Of a DNA stretch of 56,330 nucleotides, positions 20,070-33,253 are shown one piece after another. Numbering within the stretch: position 1 is the stretch's first letter; the number at the start of each line of letters is the position of its first letter. Origin of the DNA: Actinomycetota bacterium (GTDB lineage Bacteria; Actinomycetota; Acidimicrobiia; IMCC26256; VFJJ01); the NCBI GenBank assembly GCA_009886115.1, contig VFJJ01000021.1, positions 1 through 56,330 of the forward strand. The letters run 5' to 3'. The notes under the pieces were generated by a model. That model was not told the DNA's origin. It saw only the letters and a list, made by a program, of their open reading frames with translations, and did not search any database. A program made the translations under genes and the position numbers.

Positions 20070-20654
20070 GTGGCCGACGAGGCTCGTGAAGACGTGCACG
20101 AGGTCGAGAACGAGGCGCCCGCCGACGGGCTGGCGCGCCCGTCCGACGAGGTCGCGGCAGCGGTGCTCGATGCCTTTCCCGGTTCGGTCTTCGCGCTCTC
20201 GCATGGTCAGCCCGTGGTGTACGTCGACCGGGCGAGCCTGCGAGACGTCGTGGGGTTCTTGCTCCTCGAGCAGCGGTTCACCCAGGTCGTCGACATCACG
20301 GGCGTCGACCAGAGCACCAACCCCGGTCGGTTCCTGGGCGATGGTGTCCTGCCCGAGCGCTTCGAGATCGTGGCCAACTGTCTGTCGCACTGGCGCAACC
20401 GGCGTCTGCGGCTCATCGCCCAGGTACCCGAGCACGATCCGGTCGTTCCCAGCCTCGTGCCGCTGTTCCCGGGCGTCGAGCTCGCCGAGCGTGAGGTGTA
20501 CGACCTGATGGGGATCAGGTTCGACGGTCATCCCGACCTCACGCGCATCCTCCTTCCCGACGAGTGGATCGGCCATCCCCTGCGCAAGGACGACGCCACC
20601 GCGAGGGTGCCCGTGCAGTTCAAGGCCGCCGGCAAGCCCCAGCCGAAGGTGTGA
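20070..20654 (+). CDS. nuoC: complex I subunit C (operon 1)
   Basis: EREVYDLMGIRFDGHPDL, GHPLRKD. Confidence 0.95.
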   Translation: MADEAREDVHEVENEAPADGLARPSDEVAAAVLDAFPGSVFALSHGQPVVYVDRASLRDVVGFLLLEQRFTQVVDITGVDQSTNPGRFLGDGVLPERFEIVANCLSHWRNRRLRLIAQVPEHDPVVPSLVPLFPGVELAEREVYDLMGIRFDGHPDLTRILLPDEWIGHPLRKDDATARVPVQFKAAGKPQPKV

Positions 20655-20662
20655 GGAAGCCC

Positions 20663-22069
20663 ATGGGACTGCTCCGCCGCAGCACGAGCACCACGGCGAC
20701 GAACGACGAGTCCGGCGCGCCCGCGTCCGGCGACGAGCTGGACCCGGGCGCACCCATCGCAGCGGTCGCATCGCACAGCGACGCCGCGCTGCATCGTCAG
20801 ACCGACGAGGGCAGCCAGCTGATGCGGCCGTCGAAGGCCGCGACCGACGCCGCGGTACGCGAGATCGTCCTCACGGGAGAGCTCTGGCCCGAGGTCGACC
20901 CCGACGACGAGACGATGATCGTCAACATGGGGCCGCAGCACCCGTCCACCCACGGGGTCTTGCGCGTGATGCTCGAGCTCGAGGGCGAGGTCGTGCTCCG
21001 GCTCAAGCCGGTCATCGGCTATCTCCACACGGGCATGGAGAAGACCGGCGAGGAGCTCACCTACGTCCAGGGCGGCACCAACGTCACCCGGATGGACTAC
21101 GCGGCGTCGCTGTTCAACGAGACGGTCTACGCCATGGCGGCCGAGCAGCTCCTCGAGCTCGAGCTGCCGCCCCGGGCGCAGTGGATCCGGATGCTCATGC
21201 ACGAGCTCAACCGGATGTCGTCGCACCTCCTGTTCCTCGCGACCAACGGCATGGACCTGGGCTCCACCTCGGCCATGATCTACGGATGGCGTGAACGTGA
21301 GGAGGTGCTGCGGTTCTTCGAGAAGGTCACCGGCTTGCGCATGAACCACAACTATTTCCGGGTCGGGGGCTCGGCTGCCGACCTGCCCGACGGCTGGCAG
21401 GACGATGTGCTCGCGGTGTGCAACTCGGTCGACTACGGCGTGGCCGAGATCGACGAGCTGCTGACCAACAACCCGATCTGGTTGGAGCGCACGGTCGGGA
21501 TCGGGGTCATCACCAGTGCCCAGGCGCTGGCGCTAGGTGCATCGGGCCCGATCCTGCGCTCGACGGGGATCCCGTGGGATCTCCGCAAGGAGCAGCCCTA
21601 CCTCCCGTACGACCAGGTCGCCTTCGACGTGATCTACGCCGAGAGCGGTGATTGCTTCGACCGCTACCGGATCAAGCTCATGGAGATCCTGGAGTCGGCC
21701 CGGATCGTGCGCCAGTGCGTCGAGAAGATGCCCGAGGGCGACTACCGGGTCCAGGACCGCAAGGTCACCCCGCCGCCCCGGGCCCGCATCGACGAGTCGA
21801 TGGAAGCGCTCATCCACCACTTCAAGTTGTTCACCGAGGGCTTCAAGGTGCCCGCCGGCGAGACCTACGCGGCCGTCGAGGGACCCCGCGGCGAGCTGGG
21901 TTGCTATCTGGTGAGCGACGGCACGGCCAAGCCGGCCCGCATGCACATCCGCGCCCCGAGCTTCTACAACCTGCAGACCGCAGGGGCCATGATGCACGGC
22001 GGCCTCGTGGCCGACGCCATCACCATCATCTCGAGCGTCGACCCCATCATGGGCGATGTCGACCGGTAA
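20663..22069 (+). CDS. nuoD: complex I subunit D (operon 1; start uncertain)
   Basis: MGPQHPSTHGVLR, GYLHTGMEK, RMDY, EGPRGELG, GDVDR. Confidence 0.95.
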   Translation: MGLLRRSTSTTATNDESGAPASGDELDPGAPIAAVASHSDAALHRQTDEGSQLMRPSKAATDAAVREIVLTGELWPEVDPDDETMIVNMGPQHPSTHGVLRVMLELEGEVVLRLKPVIGYLHTGMEKTGEELTYVQGGTNVTRMDYAASLFNETVYAMAAEQLLELELPPRAQWIRMLMHELNRMSSHLLFLATNGMDLGSTSAMIYGWREREEVLRFFEKVTGLRMNHNYFRVGGSAADLPDGWQDDVLAVCNSVDYGVAEIDELLTNNPIWLERTVGIGVITSAQALALGASGPILRSTGIPWDLRKEQPYLPYDQVAFDVIYAESGDCFDRYRIKLMEILESARIVRQCVEKMPEGDYRVQDRKVTPPPRARIDESMEALIHHFKLFTEGFKVPAGETYAAVEGPRGELGCYLVSDGTAKPARMHIRAPSFYNLQTAGAMMHGGLVADAITIISSVDPIMGDVDR

Positions 22070-22081
22070 GGGTCTGTAGAC

Positions 22082-22563
22082 GTGTTCAGCTCCGACAACC
22101 TCCAGCGGGCCCGCGAGATCATCTCCCGCTACCCGAGCTCGCGCTCGGCGTTGCTGCCGTTGCTGCATCTCGCCCAGGACCAGGACGGCTGGATCAACGA
22201 CGAGGCCATGACCGAGATCGCCGGGCTGCTCGAGCTCACCCGGGCCGACGTGTACGGCACCTGCTCCTTCTACACCATGTTCAAGCTCGAGCCGGTGGGC
22301 ACGTACGTCGTGTCGGTGTGCACCAACGTCACCTGTCTCGTCACCGGCGGACCAGCCATCCTGCACCACCTCGAGAAGACCTACGCCGACGATCCCGACG
22401 TGTTCGTCGAGGAGGTCGAGTGCCTGGCCGCGTGCGGCGGGGCCCCGGCGCTCCAGGTGAACTACGAGTACCACGAACGTCTGACGCCCCAGAGCGCCGA
22501 GCAGATCATCGACGCCTACCGGTCGGGCCAGCGCACCGCCCGTCGAATCTCGGGAGGCCCGCG

Positions 22564-22567
<4 letters not shown>
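22082..22567 (+). CDS. nuoE: complex I subunit E
   Basis: SALLPLLH, SFYTMF, CTNVTC..ECLAAC. Confidence 0.94.
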
Positions 22568-23906
<1,339 letters not shown>

Positions 23907-23910
<4 letters not shown>

Positions 23911-26582
23911 GCGCTGCGAACACCCCCGCCCAGCCGGAGCTCGTGGAGCTCACGATCGACGGTCATCTGGTGATGGTGCCCAAGGGCGCCAACCTGATCG
24001 ACGTGGCGCAACGCCACGGTCACTACATCCCGCGGTTTTGCTGGCACGAGCGGATGAAGCCCGTCGGCATGTGCCGCATGTGCCTCATCGAGATCGAGGG
24101 TGTTCGGGGCTTGCCGCCCGCCTGCACCACCACGGTCACGCCGGGCATGGTCGTGCACACCCAGGAGAGCTCACCCAACGCCCGCAAGGCCCAGGAGGGC
24201 GTGCTCGAGTTCCTGCTCATCAACCACCCGCTCGACTGCCCGGTGTGCGATCGCGGCGGCGAGTGCCCGCTGCAAGATCACACCATCGCCCATGGGCCGG
24301 CCGAGTCGCGCTTCGTCGAGGAGAAGCGTCACTTCGCCAAGCCCATCCCCATCTCGCACGTCGTCGACCTCGATCGGGAGCGCTGCATCCTCTGTGCGCG
24401 CTGTACCCGCTTCGCCGACGAGATCGCCGGCGATCCACTGATCTCCTTCTTCGAGCGGGGGGGCCACAGCCAGGTCCTCAACTATCCCGACGACCCGTTC
24501 TCGTCGTACTTCTCAGGCAACACCGTCCAGATCTGCCCGGTGGGGGCGCTCACCGCACGGCCCTACCGGTTCCGGGCCCGGCCTTGGGATCTCGAGAAGG
24601 CCGAGACCTCGTGCGTCACCTGTGCCGTGCAGTGCCGCGCCGAGCTGCACTCCACGACCGACCAGCTCGTACGACTCCTCGGCGTCGACTCCGACGCGGT
24701 GAACCACGGCTGGCTCTGCGACAAGGGCCGCTTCGGCTACGAGTGGGTCGAGTCGCCGTCGCGCATCACCTCGCCCATGGTGCGCAAGACCGCCAGCGAC
24801 GGCACCAGCGAGCTGGTCGAGGTGTCGTGGCCCGACGCGCTCGACGCCGCCGCCCATGGCCTGCAGGAAGTGGCTCGGCTCCACCAGGCGTCGTCGATCG
24901 GTGTGCTGGGCGGCGCCAGGGGCACCAACGAGGACGCCTACGTGTGGGCGCGTTTCGCCAAGGGCGTGCTGGGCACCGACAACGTCGACTGCCAACTCGG
25001 CGATGGGCTCCCGGCCGAGACGGTGCTCGGCCTGCCCCGGGCGACGATCGCCGACTGCGACCGGGCCCGGGTCGTGGTCCTGTTGGCTCCCGACCTGAAG
25101 GAAGAGCTCCCGGTCCTGTACCTGCGGCTCAAGCGGGCAGCGCAGGACCTCGGTGTGAAGATCGTCGAGATCGGCACCGGCGACACCGGCCTCACCCACG
25201 TTGCCGCCGCCACGCTGCGCCATCTCCCGGGCTCGGCCGGCGACGTGGCCGGTCGCCTCGTCGCCGCCATCGGGGGCACCGCCTCGGGCGACGCCGACAT
25301 CGACGCGGCCGCGTCGCTCCTCGGAGACGGATCCGATGTCGTGGTCGTGCTGGGCCGACCCAACCTGGCCGAGCCGGCCGACGCCACCGTGGCCGCCGCG
25401 GCGGCGCTCGCGACGCTCCCCGGCGTGCGGTTCCTGTCTGCGCTACGCCGGAGCAATGTGCACGGCGCGCTCGACATGGGTCTGGCCCCGGGTCTGCTGC
25501 CGGGCCGGGTGTCGCTCGAACAGGGCCGCGACTCGTTCGCCGAAGCGTGGGGCTCGGTGCCCGCGAGCATGGGCCACGACGGCACGGCGATGCTGCGGGC
25601 CGCGGCCGACGGGCAGCTGCACGGGCTGGTGCTGCTCGGCGCCGATCCCATGGCCGACTTCCCCGATCGGGCGCTGGCCGAGCGGGCCTTGGCCTCCATC
25701 GGCTTCACCGTCGTGGTCGACGGGTTCCTGAGCGAGTCGGCCAAGCGGGCCGATGTCGTGCTTCCGCCTGCGGTCTGGGGCGAGAAGTCGGGCTCGGCCA
25801 CGAACATCGAGGGCCGGGTGCAGCGCCTCACCCGCCGGGTGACCACGGCCGGTCGCTCCATGGACGACTGGCGGATCGCGGTGGAGCTCGCCGCCCGCTT
25901 CGGCGTCGACTTCGACCTCGAGACCCTCGACGAGGTGCAGGCCGAGATCTCCCGGCTGGCTCCGGCCTACCTGGGTGTCGACAGCCACATGATCAACGGT
26001 TCTCGCGACGGCGTGGTCGTTCCCCTCGTGCCGGTCACGGTCACCATCGGTCGCCGGAGCCCGACAGCGGCCGTCGAAGCCGACGTTTCCGGGGACGAAG
26101 CCGCCGGGTCCGCGGCCGGGGCTGCCGGTTCCGCCGCGGAGCTTTCCGACGAAGCTCCGGCAGCCCGACCCGCCCTGCTCACCTGGGACCGCTCGGCCCC
26201 CGCCGTCGTGCCCGTGGCCCGGGACTCCTACGCCGTGCGCCTGGTCGTGGCCCGCCGGCTCTACGACGCCGGCCGGGTCGTGGCCGAGGGGCCGTCGATC
26301 GTCGACCTGGCGCCGGGCCCGCTGCTCGAGCTCAACCCGTCCGACCTCGAGCGCCTCGGCGTGGTCGATGGGGGCGCGGTTCGGGCATCGTCGAGCCGAG
26401 GGTCGGGCGTCTTCACCGCCCGCAGGGTCACGGGGGTGCCCGCAGGGACGGCCCGGCTGGCCCACAACCAGCCCGGCGACATCTCCGATCTCGTCGACGT
26501 CGCCGAAGCGGTCACCGACCTGCGTCTCGAATCGGTGGCGACCGTCGCCACCGTGGGCTTGGCCAAGGGAGGGGCCCGATGA
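23907..26582 (+). CDS. nuoG: complex I subunit G
   Basis: [45 protein letters not shown] (N7). Confidence 0.95.
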
Positions 26583-27880
26583 TCGAGGATCCGCTCTGGG
26601 CCGACGGCGAGATCGACCTCGCCGATGTCGTCATCATCATCGGCAAGGTCATCTTCGCGTTCGCGTTCTTGATGATCACCGTGGTGCTCTTCATCTGGTT
26701 CATGCGCAAGGTCATCAGCGACATGCAGAACCGGATCGGGCCCAATCGGGCCGGCCCGTTCGGCATCCTGCAGACGCTGGCCGACGGCGTGAAGCTGTTC
26801 ATGAAGGAGCAGTCGATCCCCGAGCAGGCCGACCAGCGGATCTTCAAGCTGGCCCCGTATCTCACGCTGTTGCCGGCCTTCCTGGCGTTCTGCGTGATCC
26901 CGTGGGGAACTCAGATCACCATCGCCGGGAACACGACGAACCTCCAGGTCGCCGAGATCCCCATGGGCGTGCTGTGGATCCTGGCGATGTCGGGCATCGG
27001 GGTGTACGGCGTGATGCTCGCCGGGTGGGCCTCGGGCTCGAAGTACCCGCTGCTCGGCAGCATCCGGGCCTCGGCCCAGGTGATCTCCTACGAGGCTGCG
27101 CTGGGTTTGGCCGTCATCGGCGCGGTGATCCGCTCGGGGAGCCTCTCGATGCAGTCGTTCGTGGCCGTCCAGGCGTGGGACGGCCCGGGCTCGCTGCGCG
27201 ATTGGCTGATCGCCTCGGCGCCCCTGTCGTTCGTCATCTTCGTGATCGCCGCCTTGGCCGAGACGAACCAGCCGCCGTTCGACCTTGTCGAGGCCGAGCA
27301 GGAGCTCGTCGGCGGGTTCCACACCGAGTACACCGGTATCCGGTTCGCGATGTTCAACGTGGCCGAGTTCATGAACCTGGTCACCATGTCGGCCGTCGCC
27401 ATCACGCTGTTCCTCGGCGGTCCCAACGGTCCGGGGACCGACCGGGCCGACAATTGGGGAGCGCTCATCTCCTTCGCCTGGTTCGTGGGCAAGCTCTGGA
27501 TCTTCCTGTTCGCGGCCGTGTGGCTGCGAGCGTCGGTTCCCCGCCTGCGCTACGACCAGCTGATGGACCTCGGGTGGCGCAAGCTCATCCCCCTGGCGCT
27601 GGTGTGGACGGGCATCCTGGCGGTCATCAAGGTGGGTCGGGCCGAGGGCTGGGAGCCCGGGATCTACCTTCCGGCGTCGTTCGCGGGTGCCGGTCTGGTG
27701 GCCCTGTTCATCTACGCCTGCATGCCCAAGCGCGAGCTGGTCCCGGCTCCGAGCGGCCGCAGCGTCCCGAGTGGCCCGAGCGGTCCGAGCGGCACCGGCG
27801 ACACCAGCGGCACCAGCGGAATCGACACCAGCGGCAGCACCACGAGCGGCACGGCGCCGAAGGAGGTGGCGCACCGATGA
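26579..27880 (+). CDS. nuoH: complex I subunit H (operon 1)
   Basis: [31 protein letters not shown]; low-complexity G/S/T tail. Confidence 0.95.
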   Translation: MIEDPLWADGEIDLADVVIIIGKVIFAFAFLMITVVLFIWFMRKVISDMQNRIGPNRAGPFGILQTLADGVKLFMKEQSIPEQADQRIFKLAPYLTLLPAFLAFCVIPWGTQITIAGNTTNLQVAEIPMGVLWILAMSGIGVYGVMLAGWASGSKYPLLGSIRASAQVISYEAALGLAVIGAVIRSGSLSMQSFVAVQAWDGPGSLRDWLIASAPLSFVIFVIAALAETNQPPFDLVEAEQELVGGFHTEYTGIRFAMFNVAEFMNLVTMSAVAITLFLGGPNGPGTDRADNWGALISFAWFVGKLWIFLFAAVWLRASVPRLRYDQLMDLGWRKLIPLALVWTGILAVIKVGRAEGWEPGIYLPASFAGAGLVALFIYACMPKRELVPAPSGRSVPSGPSGPSGTGDTSGTSGIDTSGSTTSGTAPKEVAHR

Positions 27881-28617
27881 GTCGTTGGTCGGGGTTCGCG
27901 GTCACGTGGCGGCAGATGTTCAAGCCACGGGTGACGATCCAGTACCCGGAGGTCAAGCGGCCCAAGCCCGAGCGCTTCCACGGCCGGCACGTCCTCAACC
28001 GGTACGAGGACGGCATGGAGAAGTGCATCGGCTGCGAGCTGTGCGCTGGCGTGTGCCCGGCCCGCTGCATCTACGTGCGCGGCGCCGACAACTCAGCCGA
28101 CGCCCCCGTCTCGCCGGGCGAGCGGTACGGCTTCGTGTACGAGATCAACTTCCTGCGGTGCATCCATTGCGACCTGTGCGTGGAGGCCTGCCCCACCGAG
28201 GCCATCACGGAGTCGAAGCTCTTCGAGTTCTCCTTCACCAACCGGCGTGACGCCATCTACACCAAGGCCGAGTTGCTCGTCGACGACGACGGGCGGGCCC
28301 GGCGCATGCCGTGGGAGCACTGGGAGGGCCACGAGGACGACCGCACGTCGGCGTGGATGCGGGCCACGGCGTCGGCCGGTCAGGCGGCGTTCGAGGGCCG
28401 GGTGTCGTGGTCGGGCGAGCTGGGCTTCGGCGTGCGGGCCCCCGAGGCCGGCCAGACCGCGCCCACCTGGACCCCGCCTGTACCGGCGCTCGCCCGAGGA
28501 CGCGCCGACCACGGTCACGCCGACCACGGACGCGCCGACCACGGTCACGCCGACCACGGTGACCACGCCGACCACGATCACGACGACGACCACACGACCA
28601 CGGGGGGCACTGAGTGA
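27877..28617 (+). CDS. nuoI: complex I subunit I (operon 1), His/Asp-rich tail
   Basis: [24 protein letters not shown]. Confidence 0.95.
   Translation: MSRWSGFAVTWRQMFKPRVTIQYPEVKRPKPERFHGRHVLNRYEDGMEKCIGCELCAGVCPARCIYVRGADNSADAPVSPGERYGFVYEINFLRCIHCDLCVEACPTEAITESKLFEFSFTNRRDAIYTKAELLVDDDGRARRMPWEHWEGHEDDRTSAWMRATASAGQAAFEGRVSWSGELGFGVRAPEAGQTAPTWTPPVPALARGRADHGHADHGRADHGHADHGDHADHDHDDDHTTTGGTE
28501..28590 (+). repeat. 15-bp in-frame repeat encoding (R/H)ADHG
   Basis: c(g/a)cgccgaccacgg(t/a) x4 plus degenerate copies. Confidence 0.85.
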
Positions 28618-29219
28618 GCGAGGTAGCACAGTGGGTCGTCTTCATCGTCGCCTCGTCGGCCGCGATCGGGATGGCCGTCGGCGTCGTCACCCAGCGCAAC
28701 CCGGTGCACGCCGCGCTCGCGCTGGTCGGCACGCTGTTCGCCGTGGCGGTCCTGTTCGTCATGCAGGAGGCCCACTTCCTCGCGGCCGTGCAGATCATCG
28801 TGTACGCCGGCGCCATCGTGGTGCTGTTCCTGTTCGTCATCATGCTCCTCGGCATCGACAAGCACGAGGTGCTCGACGAGACGCTTCCGCTCCAGCGGAT
28901 CATCGCCGGCATCGTGGGGCTCGGTTCGCTCGTCGTCGGAGCGATCTTGCTCCTCAAGGCCGATGCCGCTCCCCCGGTGACCGACCCGGATTCGACGTCG
29001 CGCATCTCCGGCAGCGGCTTGGGCAACGTCGAGCACATCGGCCGGAGCCTGTTCAGCGACTACCTCTGGGCCTTCGAGATCACCTCGGTGCTGCTGGTGA
29101 TCGCCGTGGTCGGCGCCGTCGTGCTGGTGCGCCGTCGCTCGGGCCCCGACGCCCCCGAGGGCCGCGAAGGCCTGGGCGCTGCTGGCGACGCGGGCGGATC
29201 CGAGAAGGCCCGGGCATGA
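28614..29219 (+). CDS. nuoJ: complex I subunit J (operon 1)
   Basis: [26 protein letters not shown]. Confidence 0.94.
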   Translation: MSEVAQWVVFIVASSAAIGMAVGVVTQRNPVHAALALVGTLFAVAVLFVMQEAHFLAAVQIIVYAGAIVVLFLFVIMLLGIDKHEVLDETLPLQRIIAGIVGLGSLVVGAILLLKADAAPPVTDPDSTSRISGSGLGNVEHIGRSLFSDYLWAFEITSVLLVIAVVGAVVLVRRRSGPDAPEGREGLGAAGDAGGSEKARA

Positions 29220-29524
29220 CGGCCATCGACGCCAACCTCTTCCTCGCCGTCGCCGCGATCGTCTTCGTGATCGGCGCGGTGGGTCTGCTCACCCGCCGCA
29301 ACGCCCTGGTCATGTTCATGTGCGTCGAGCTGATGCTCAACGCCGTGAACCTCACGTTCGTCACGTTCTCCCGTGAGCTCGACGACATCGGTGGTCAGGT
29401 CACGGTGTTCTTCACCATGGTCGTCGCTGCCGCTGAGGTCTGTGTGGGCCTGGCGATCATCGTGGCGATCTTCCGGCGCCGTCGTGGCGCCACGGCCGAC
29501 GACCTGAACCTCATGAAAGGCTGA
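29216..29524 (+). CDS. nuoK: complex I subunit K (operon 1)
   Basis: [20 protein letters not shown]. Confidence 0.95.
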   Translation: MTAIDANLFLAVAAIVFVIGAVGLLTRRNALVMFMCVELMLNAVNLTFVTFSRELDDIGGQVTVFFTMVVAAAEVCVGLAIIVAIFRRRRGATADDLNLMKG

Positions 29525-29534
29525 GGAGGACACC

Positions 29535-31586
29535 ATGAACCTCCTCGAGACGTCCTGGTTGATCCCCGCGCTGCCGCTCCTGGGCGCGGTCACGCTCCTC
29601 TTCTTCGGTGGCCGATTCCTGAAGGAGCCCTTGGCTGGGATGCTGGCGACGGCCTGCATGGCCGGCTCGTTCGGCTGGACGGCCGTCCTGTTCTTCAAGA
29701 TGTGGTCGCTCGATCCCGAGCAGCGCACCGTGGGCAAGCATCTCTTCGACTGGATGCCTGCCGGGGGCCTGAAGATCTCGGCCAGCCTCCTGCTCGATCC
29801 GCTCTCGATCACGTTCTTGTTGTTCATCACCGGTGTGGCGACGCTCATCCACGTGTACGCCATCGGGTACATGCACGGCGATCCCCGGTTCAGCCGCTTC
29901 TTCTGCTACCTGAACCTGTTCGCCTTCTCGATGATCATCCTCGTACTCGGGGGCAACTTCCTCGTGACCTTCCTCGGATGGGAAGGGGTCGGCACGTGCT
30001 CGTACCTGTTGATCTCGTTCTGGTTCGAGCGCCCGTCGGCCGCAACGGCGGGCAAGAAGGCGTTCATCACCAACCGGGTCGGCGACTTCGGGTTCATGAT
30101 CGCCGTGTTCTTGATCATCTCCCACCTCGGCACGCTCGAGTACTGGGGTCCGGGCAACGCCCTCGAGGGGGCGAGCACGCTCACCAACGGCGCGGCAACC
30201 GGTATCGCCCTGATGCTGTTCCTCGCCTGCACGGGCAAGAGCGCCCAGTTCCCCCTGCACGTCTGGCTGCCCGACGCCATGGAGGGCCCCACGCCCGTCT
30301 CGGCGCTGATCCACGCCGCCACCATGGTCACGAGCGGGATCTTCCTCATCGCCCGGGCCCATCCCTTCTTCGAAGCCAGCGGCCAGGCCAGTCACGTCGT
30401 GGCCTGGGTCGGCGTGGGCACCGCGCTGCTCGCCGCCACCATCGCCATGGTGAAGAACGACATCAAGCGGGTTCTGGCCTACTCCACGCTGAGCCAGCTC
30501 GGCTACATGTTCATGGCGCTGGGTATCCACGCCTACTCCACGGCGATCTTCCACGTCGTCACCCACGCGTTCTTCAAGGCCTGCCTGTTCCTCGGGGCCG
30601 GCTCGGTGATCCACGGCATGCACGACGAGCAGGACATGCGCCGGATGGGCAACCTGCGCAAGTACATGCCGATCACCTACGCGACCTTCATGGTGGCCTG
30701 GCTGGCGATCGCCGGGGTCCCGCCGTTCTCCGGGTTCTGGTCGAAAGACGACATCCTCGCCAAGGCCTGGTTCCAGGGCACCACCGAGGGCAAGGCCTTG
30801 TGGGCCATCGGGTTGCTGACGGCCATGCTCACGGCCTTCTACATGACACGCCAAGTCGTCATGGTGTTCTTCGGCCACGAGCGCTTCGACCTCCCGGTCA
30901 TCGCCGGCGGCTCCGACGACGGTCCGTCCGGCGCCCGGGCCCACGGCGCCGACGGGACCAGCGCTGGCGCCGAGCCCCAAGACGACCACGGCCCCACCGG
31001 GTCGGGGCACGGCCGCAGAAAGCTCCCCCACGAGTCACCGTGGATCATGACCGTGCCCCTGGTGCTGCTCGCCGGGCTCTCGCTCGTCGGTGGCGTCATC
31101 AACTTGCCGTTCAAGGACAAGGGCTGGGGCGAGGCGCTCACGCACTGGTTGGAGCCCGTCTTCGAGGGCGTGACCCATCCCGAGGAGAAGGGCAGCACGC
31201 TCGTGGGTCTCGCCGCGGTCACCGTCGTGCTGTGTGCGGTGCTCGTGGGCGCAGCCTTCGCGGTCTACCGGCACATGACGACCACCCGCGACCCGTTCGT
31301 GACCAAGCTGGGGCCCGCCGCCGCGGTGCTCGACTCGGGCTACGGCGTCGATGCCGCCTACGCCGCACTCACCGTCGGCGCCGGTGGACGGGCGGCCGAG
31401 GTGCTCGCCGGTCCGGTCGACCAGGGCAGCATCGACGGAGCCGTCAACGGCATCGGGGAGCTCCTGCGGTCGGGGCTCGGTACGGGCGGCTCGCGACTCC
31501 AGTCCGGCTACGTCAGGCGGTACGCCGTCGGGATCCTCACCGGTTCGGTGGGCCTGGTCGTCTTCGCGGTGATCAAGGCCTGGTGA
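29535..31586 (+). CDS. nuoL: complex I subunit L (operon 1)
   Basis: WEGVG, NRVGD, WLPDAMEGPTPVSALIHAATMV. Confidence 0.96.
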   Translation: MNLLETSWLIPALPLLGAVTLLFFGGRFLKEPLAGMLATACMAGSFGWTAVLFFKMWSLDPEQRTVGKHLFDWMPAGGLKISASLLLDPLSITFLLFITGVATLIHVYAIGYMHGDPRFSRFFCYLNLFAFSMIILVLGGNFLVTFLGWEGVGTCSYLLISFWFERPSAATAGKKAFITNRVGDFGFMIAVFLIISHLGTLEYWGPGNALEGASTLTNGAATGIALMLFLACTGKSAQFPLHVWLPDAMEGPTPVSALIHAATMVTSGIFLIARAHPFFEASGQASHVVAWVGVGTALLAATIAMVKNDIKRVLAYSTLSQLGYMFMALGIHAYSTAIFHVVTHAFFKACLFLGAGSVIHGMHDEQDMRRMGNLRKYMPITYATFMVAWLAIAGVPPFSGFWSKDDILAKAWFQGTTEGKALWAIGLLTAMLTAFYMTRQVVMVFFGHERFDLPVIAGGSDDGPSGARAHGADGTSAGAEPQDDHGPTGSGHGRRKLPHESPWIMTVPLVLLAGLSLVGGVINLPFKDKGWGEALTHWLEPVFEGVTHPEEKGSTLVGLAAVTVVLCAVLVGAAFAVYRHMTTTRDPFVTKLGPAAAVLDSGYGVDAAYAALTVGAGGRAAEVLAGPVDQGSIDGAVNGIGELLRSGLGTGGSRLQSGYVRRYAVGILTGSVGLVVFAVIKAW

Positions 31587-31591
31587 CGACG

Positions 31592-33253
31592 ATGACCGAC
31601 TTCCCCCTCCTGACCGCACTGGTGATCGTCCCGGCTCTCGGGTCGCTCATCGTCACCCTCTTGCCCAAGCAGCGCCCCGAGATCGTGCGGGCCTTCGGGT
31701 TCATCGCCATGATGGCCACGGCCGCCCTTGCCGGCTATCTCGTCTACGCCTTCGAGATCCAACAGCCCGAGTCGTTGCGCGACAGCTTCCAGTTCGTCGA
31801 AGACCACAGCTGGATCAACAACCTCGGGGTCCGGTACATCCTCGGTGTCGACGGCATCAGCTTGTTCATGGTGGCGCTCACCGGGTTGCTCTTCCCGTTG
31901 AGTCTCTTCGCTTCGGCCAAGGTCGAGCATCGGCTCAAGAGCTACATCGCATCGATGCTCCTCCTCGAAGCGGGGATCATGGGCGTGTTCCTCGCCCTCG
32001 ACCTGATCCTGTTCTTCGCGTTCTGGGAGGTGATGCTCGTCCCGATGTACTTCATCATCGTGGGCTGGGGTCACGAGCGTCGCGTGTACGCCGCGGTGAA
32101 GTTCTTCCTCTACACGATGGCCGGATCGGCCGTGATGTTCGTGGGCATCCTCGCGGTTGCGCTCTTGCACAACTCGTCGGTGGGCTCGCTCACGTTCGAC
32201 CTGCGTGTCCTGCAGGAGTGGAACGGACTCGCCGAAGGGACGGCCCGCTGGCTGTTCCTGGCGTTCTTCATCTCCTTTGCCATCAAGGTCCCCCTGTTTC
32301 CCTTCCACACCTGGCTCCCCGACGCCCACGTCGAAGCGCCTACGGCAGGCTCGGTGATCCTGGCCGGCGTGCTCTTGAAGATGGGCACGTACGGGTTCTT
32401 GCGTTTCTCGCTCACCCTGTTCCCCCAGGCTTCGGTCGACCTGGCGTGGGTGATGCTCGTCCTGGCGACGATCGGGATCATCTACGGGGCGATCGTGGCG
32501 ACGGTCCAAAAGGACATGAAGAAGCTCGTCGCCTACTCCTCGGTGGCTCACCTCGGTTTCGTCATCCTCGGGATCTTCGCCCTCACCAGCCAAGGCATCC
32601 AGGGCGGCATCTTCACCATGATCAGCCACGGGCTCACCACGGGAGCGCTGTTCCTGATCATCGGGATGATGTACGAACGCCGCCACACCCGTGACATCGC
32701 CGCGTTCGGCGGCGTATGGAAGGTCGCCCCGCGCTTGGGCGGGTTCATGCTCGTGGCGGCCTTGGCCTCGGTCGGCCTCCCCGGCTTCTCGGGTTTCGTC
32801 GGCGAGTTCCTCGCGCTGGTCGGCGCCTTCTTGTCGAACCGCCCATACGCCATCGTGAGCGCGGTGGGCGTGATCCTCGCGTCGGTCTATCTGTTGTGGA
32901 TGTACCAGCGGGTGTTCACGGGTGAGCCCGAAGGCGAGAACCGCACCATCGCCGACCTGACCTGGCGCGAGATGGCGACGCTGGTGCCCCTGCTCGGGCT
33001 GAGCCTGTTCCTCGGCGTGTACCCCAAGCCGGTGCTGGAGCGCGTCGAGCCGTCGGTCAAGGCGCTCATCACCCATGTGGAGCAACGCTCCGACTGGTGC
33101 GAGAGCGACAAGGTCGACCCCGACGATCCCGAGGCGTGCGTCCCCGGCGATCGCTTCGAGACGGCGCCCGAGACCTCCCCTGAGGCTGAGGGTGAGGGCG
33201 GGTCCGAGTCTGAAGAGAACGAACCGGTCGGCGCCGAAGAAGGAGGCGGGTGA
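31592..33253 (+). CDS. nuoM: complex I subunit M (operon 1)
   Basis: DGIS, FWE, FHTWLPDAHVEAP, LKMG, YSSVAH. Confidence 0.95.
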   Translation: MTDFPLLTALVIVPALGSLIVTLLPKQRPEIVRAFGFIAMMATAALAGYLVYAFEIQQPESLRDSFQFVEDHSWINNLGVRYILGVDGISLFMVALTGLLFPLSLFASAKVEHRLKSYIASMLLLEAGIMGVFLALDLILFFAFWEVMLVPMYFIIVGWGHERRVYAAVKFFLYTMAGSAVMFVGILAVALLHNSSVGSLTFDLRVLQEWNGLAEGTARWLFLAFFISFAIKVPLFPFHTWLPDAHVEAPTAGSVILAGVLLKMGTYGFLRFSLTLFPQASVDLAWVMLVLATIGIIYGAIVATVQKDMKKLVAYSSVAHLGFVILGIFALTSQGIQGGIFTMISHGLTTGALFLIIGMMYERRHTRDIAAFGGVWKVAPRLGGFMLVAALASVGLPGFSGFVGEFLALVGAFLSNRPYAIVSAVGVILASVYLLWMYQRVFTGEPEGENRTIADLTWREMATLVPLLGLSLFLGVYPKPVLERVEPSVKALITHVEQRSDWCESDKVDPDDPEACVPGDRFETAPETSPEAEGEGGSESEENEPVGAEEGGG

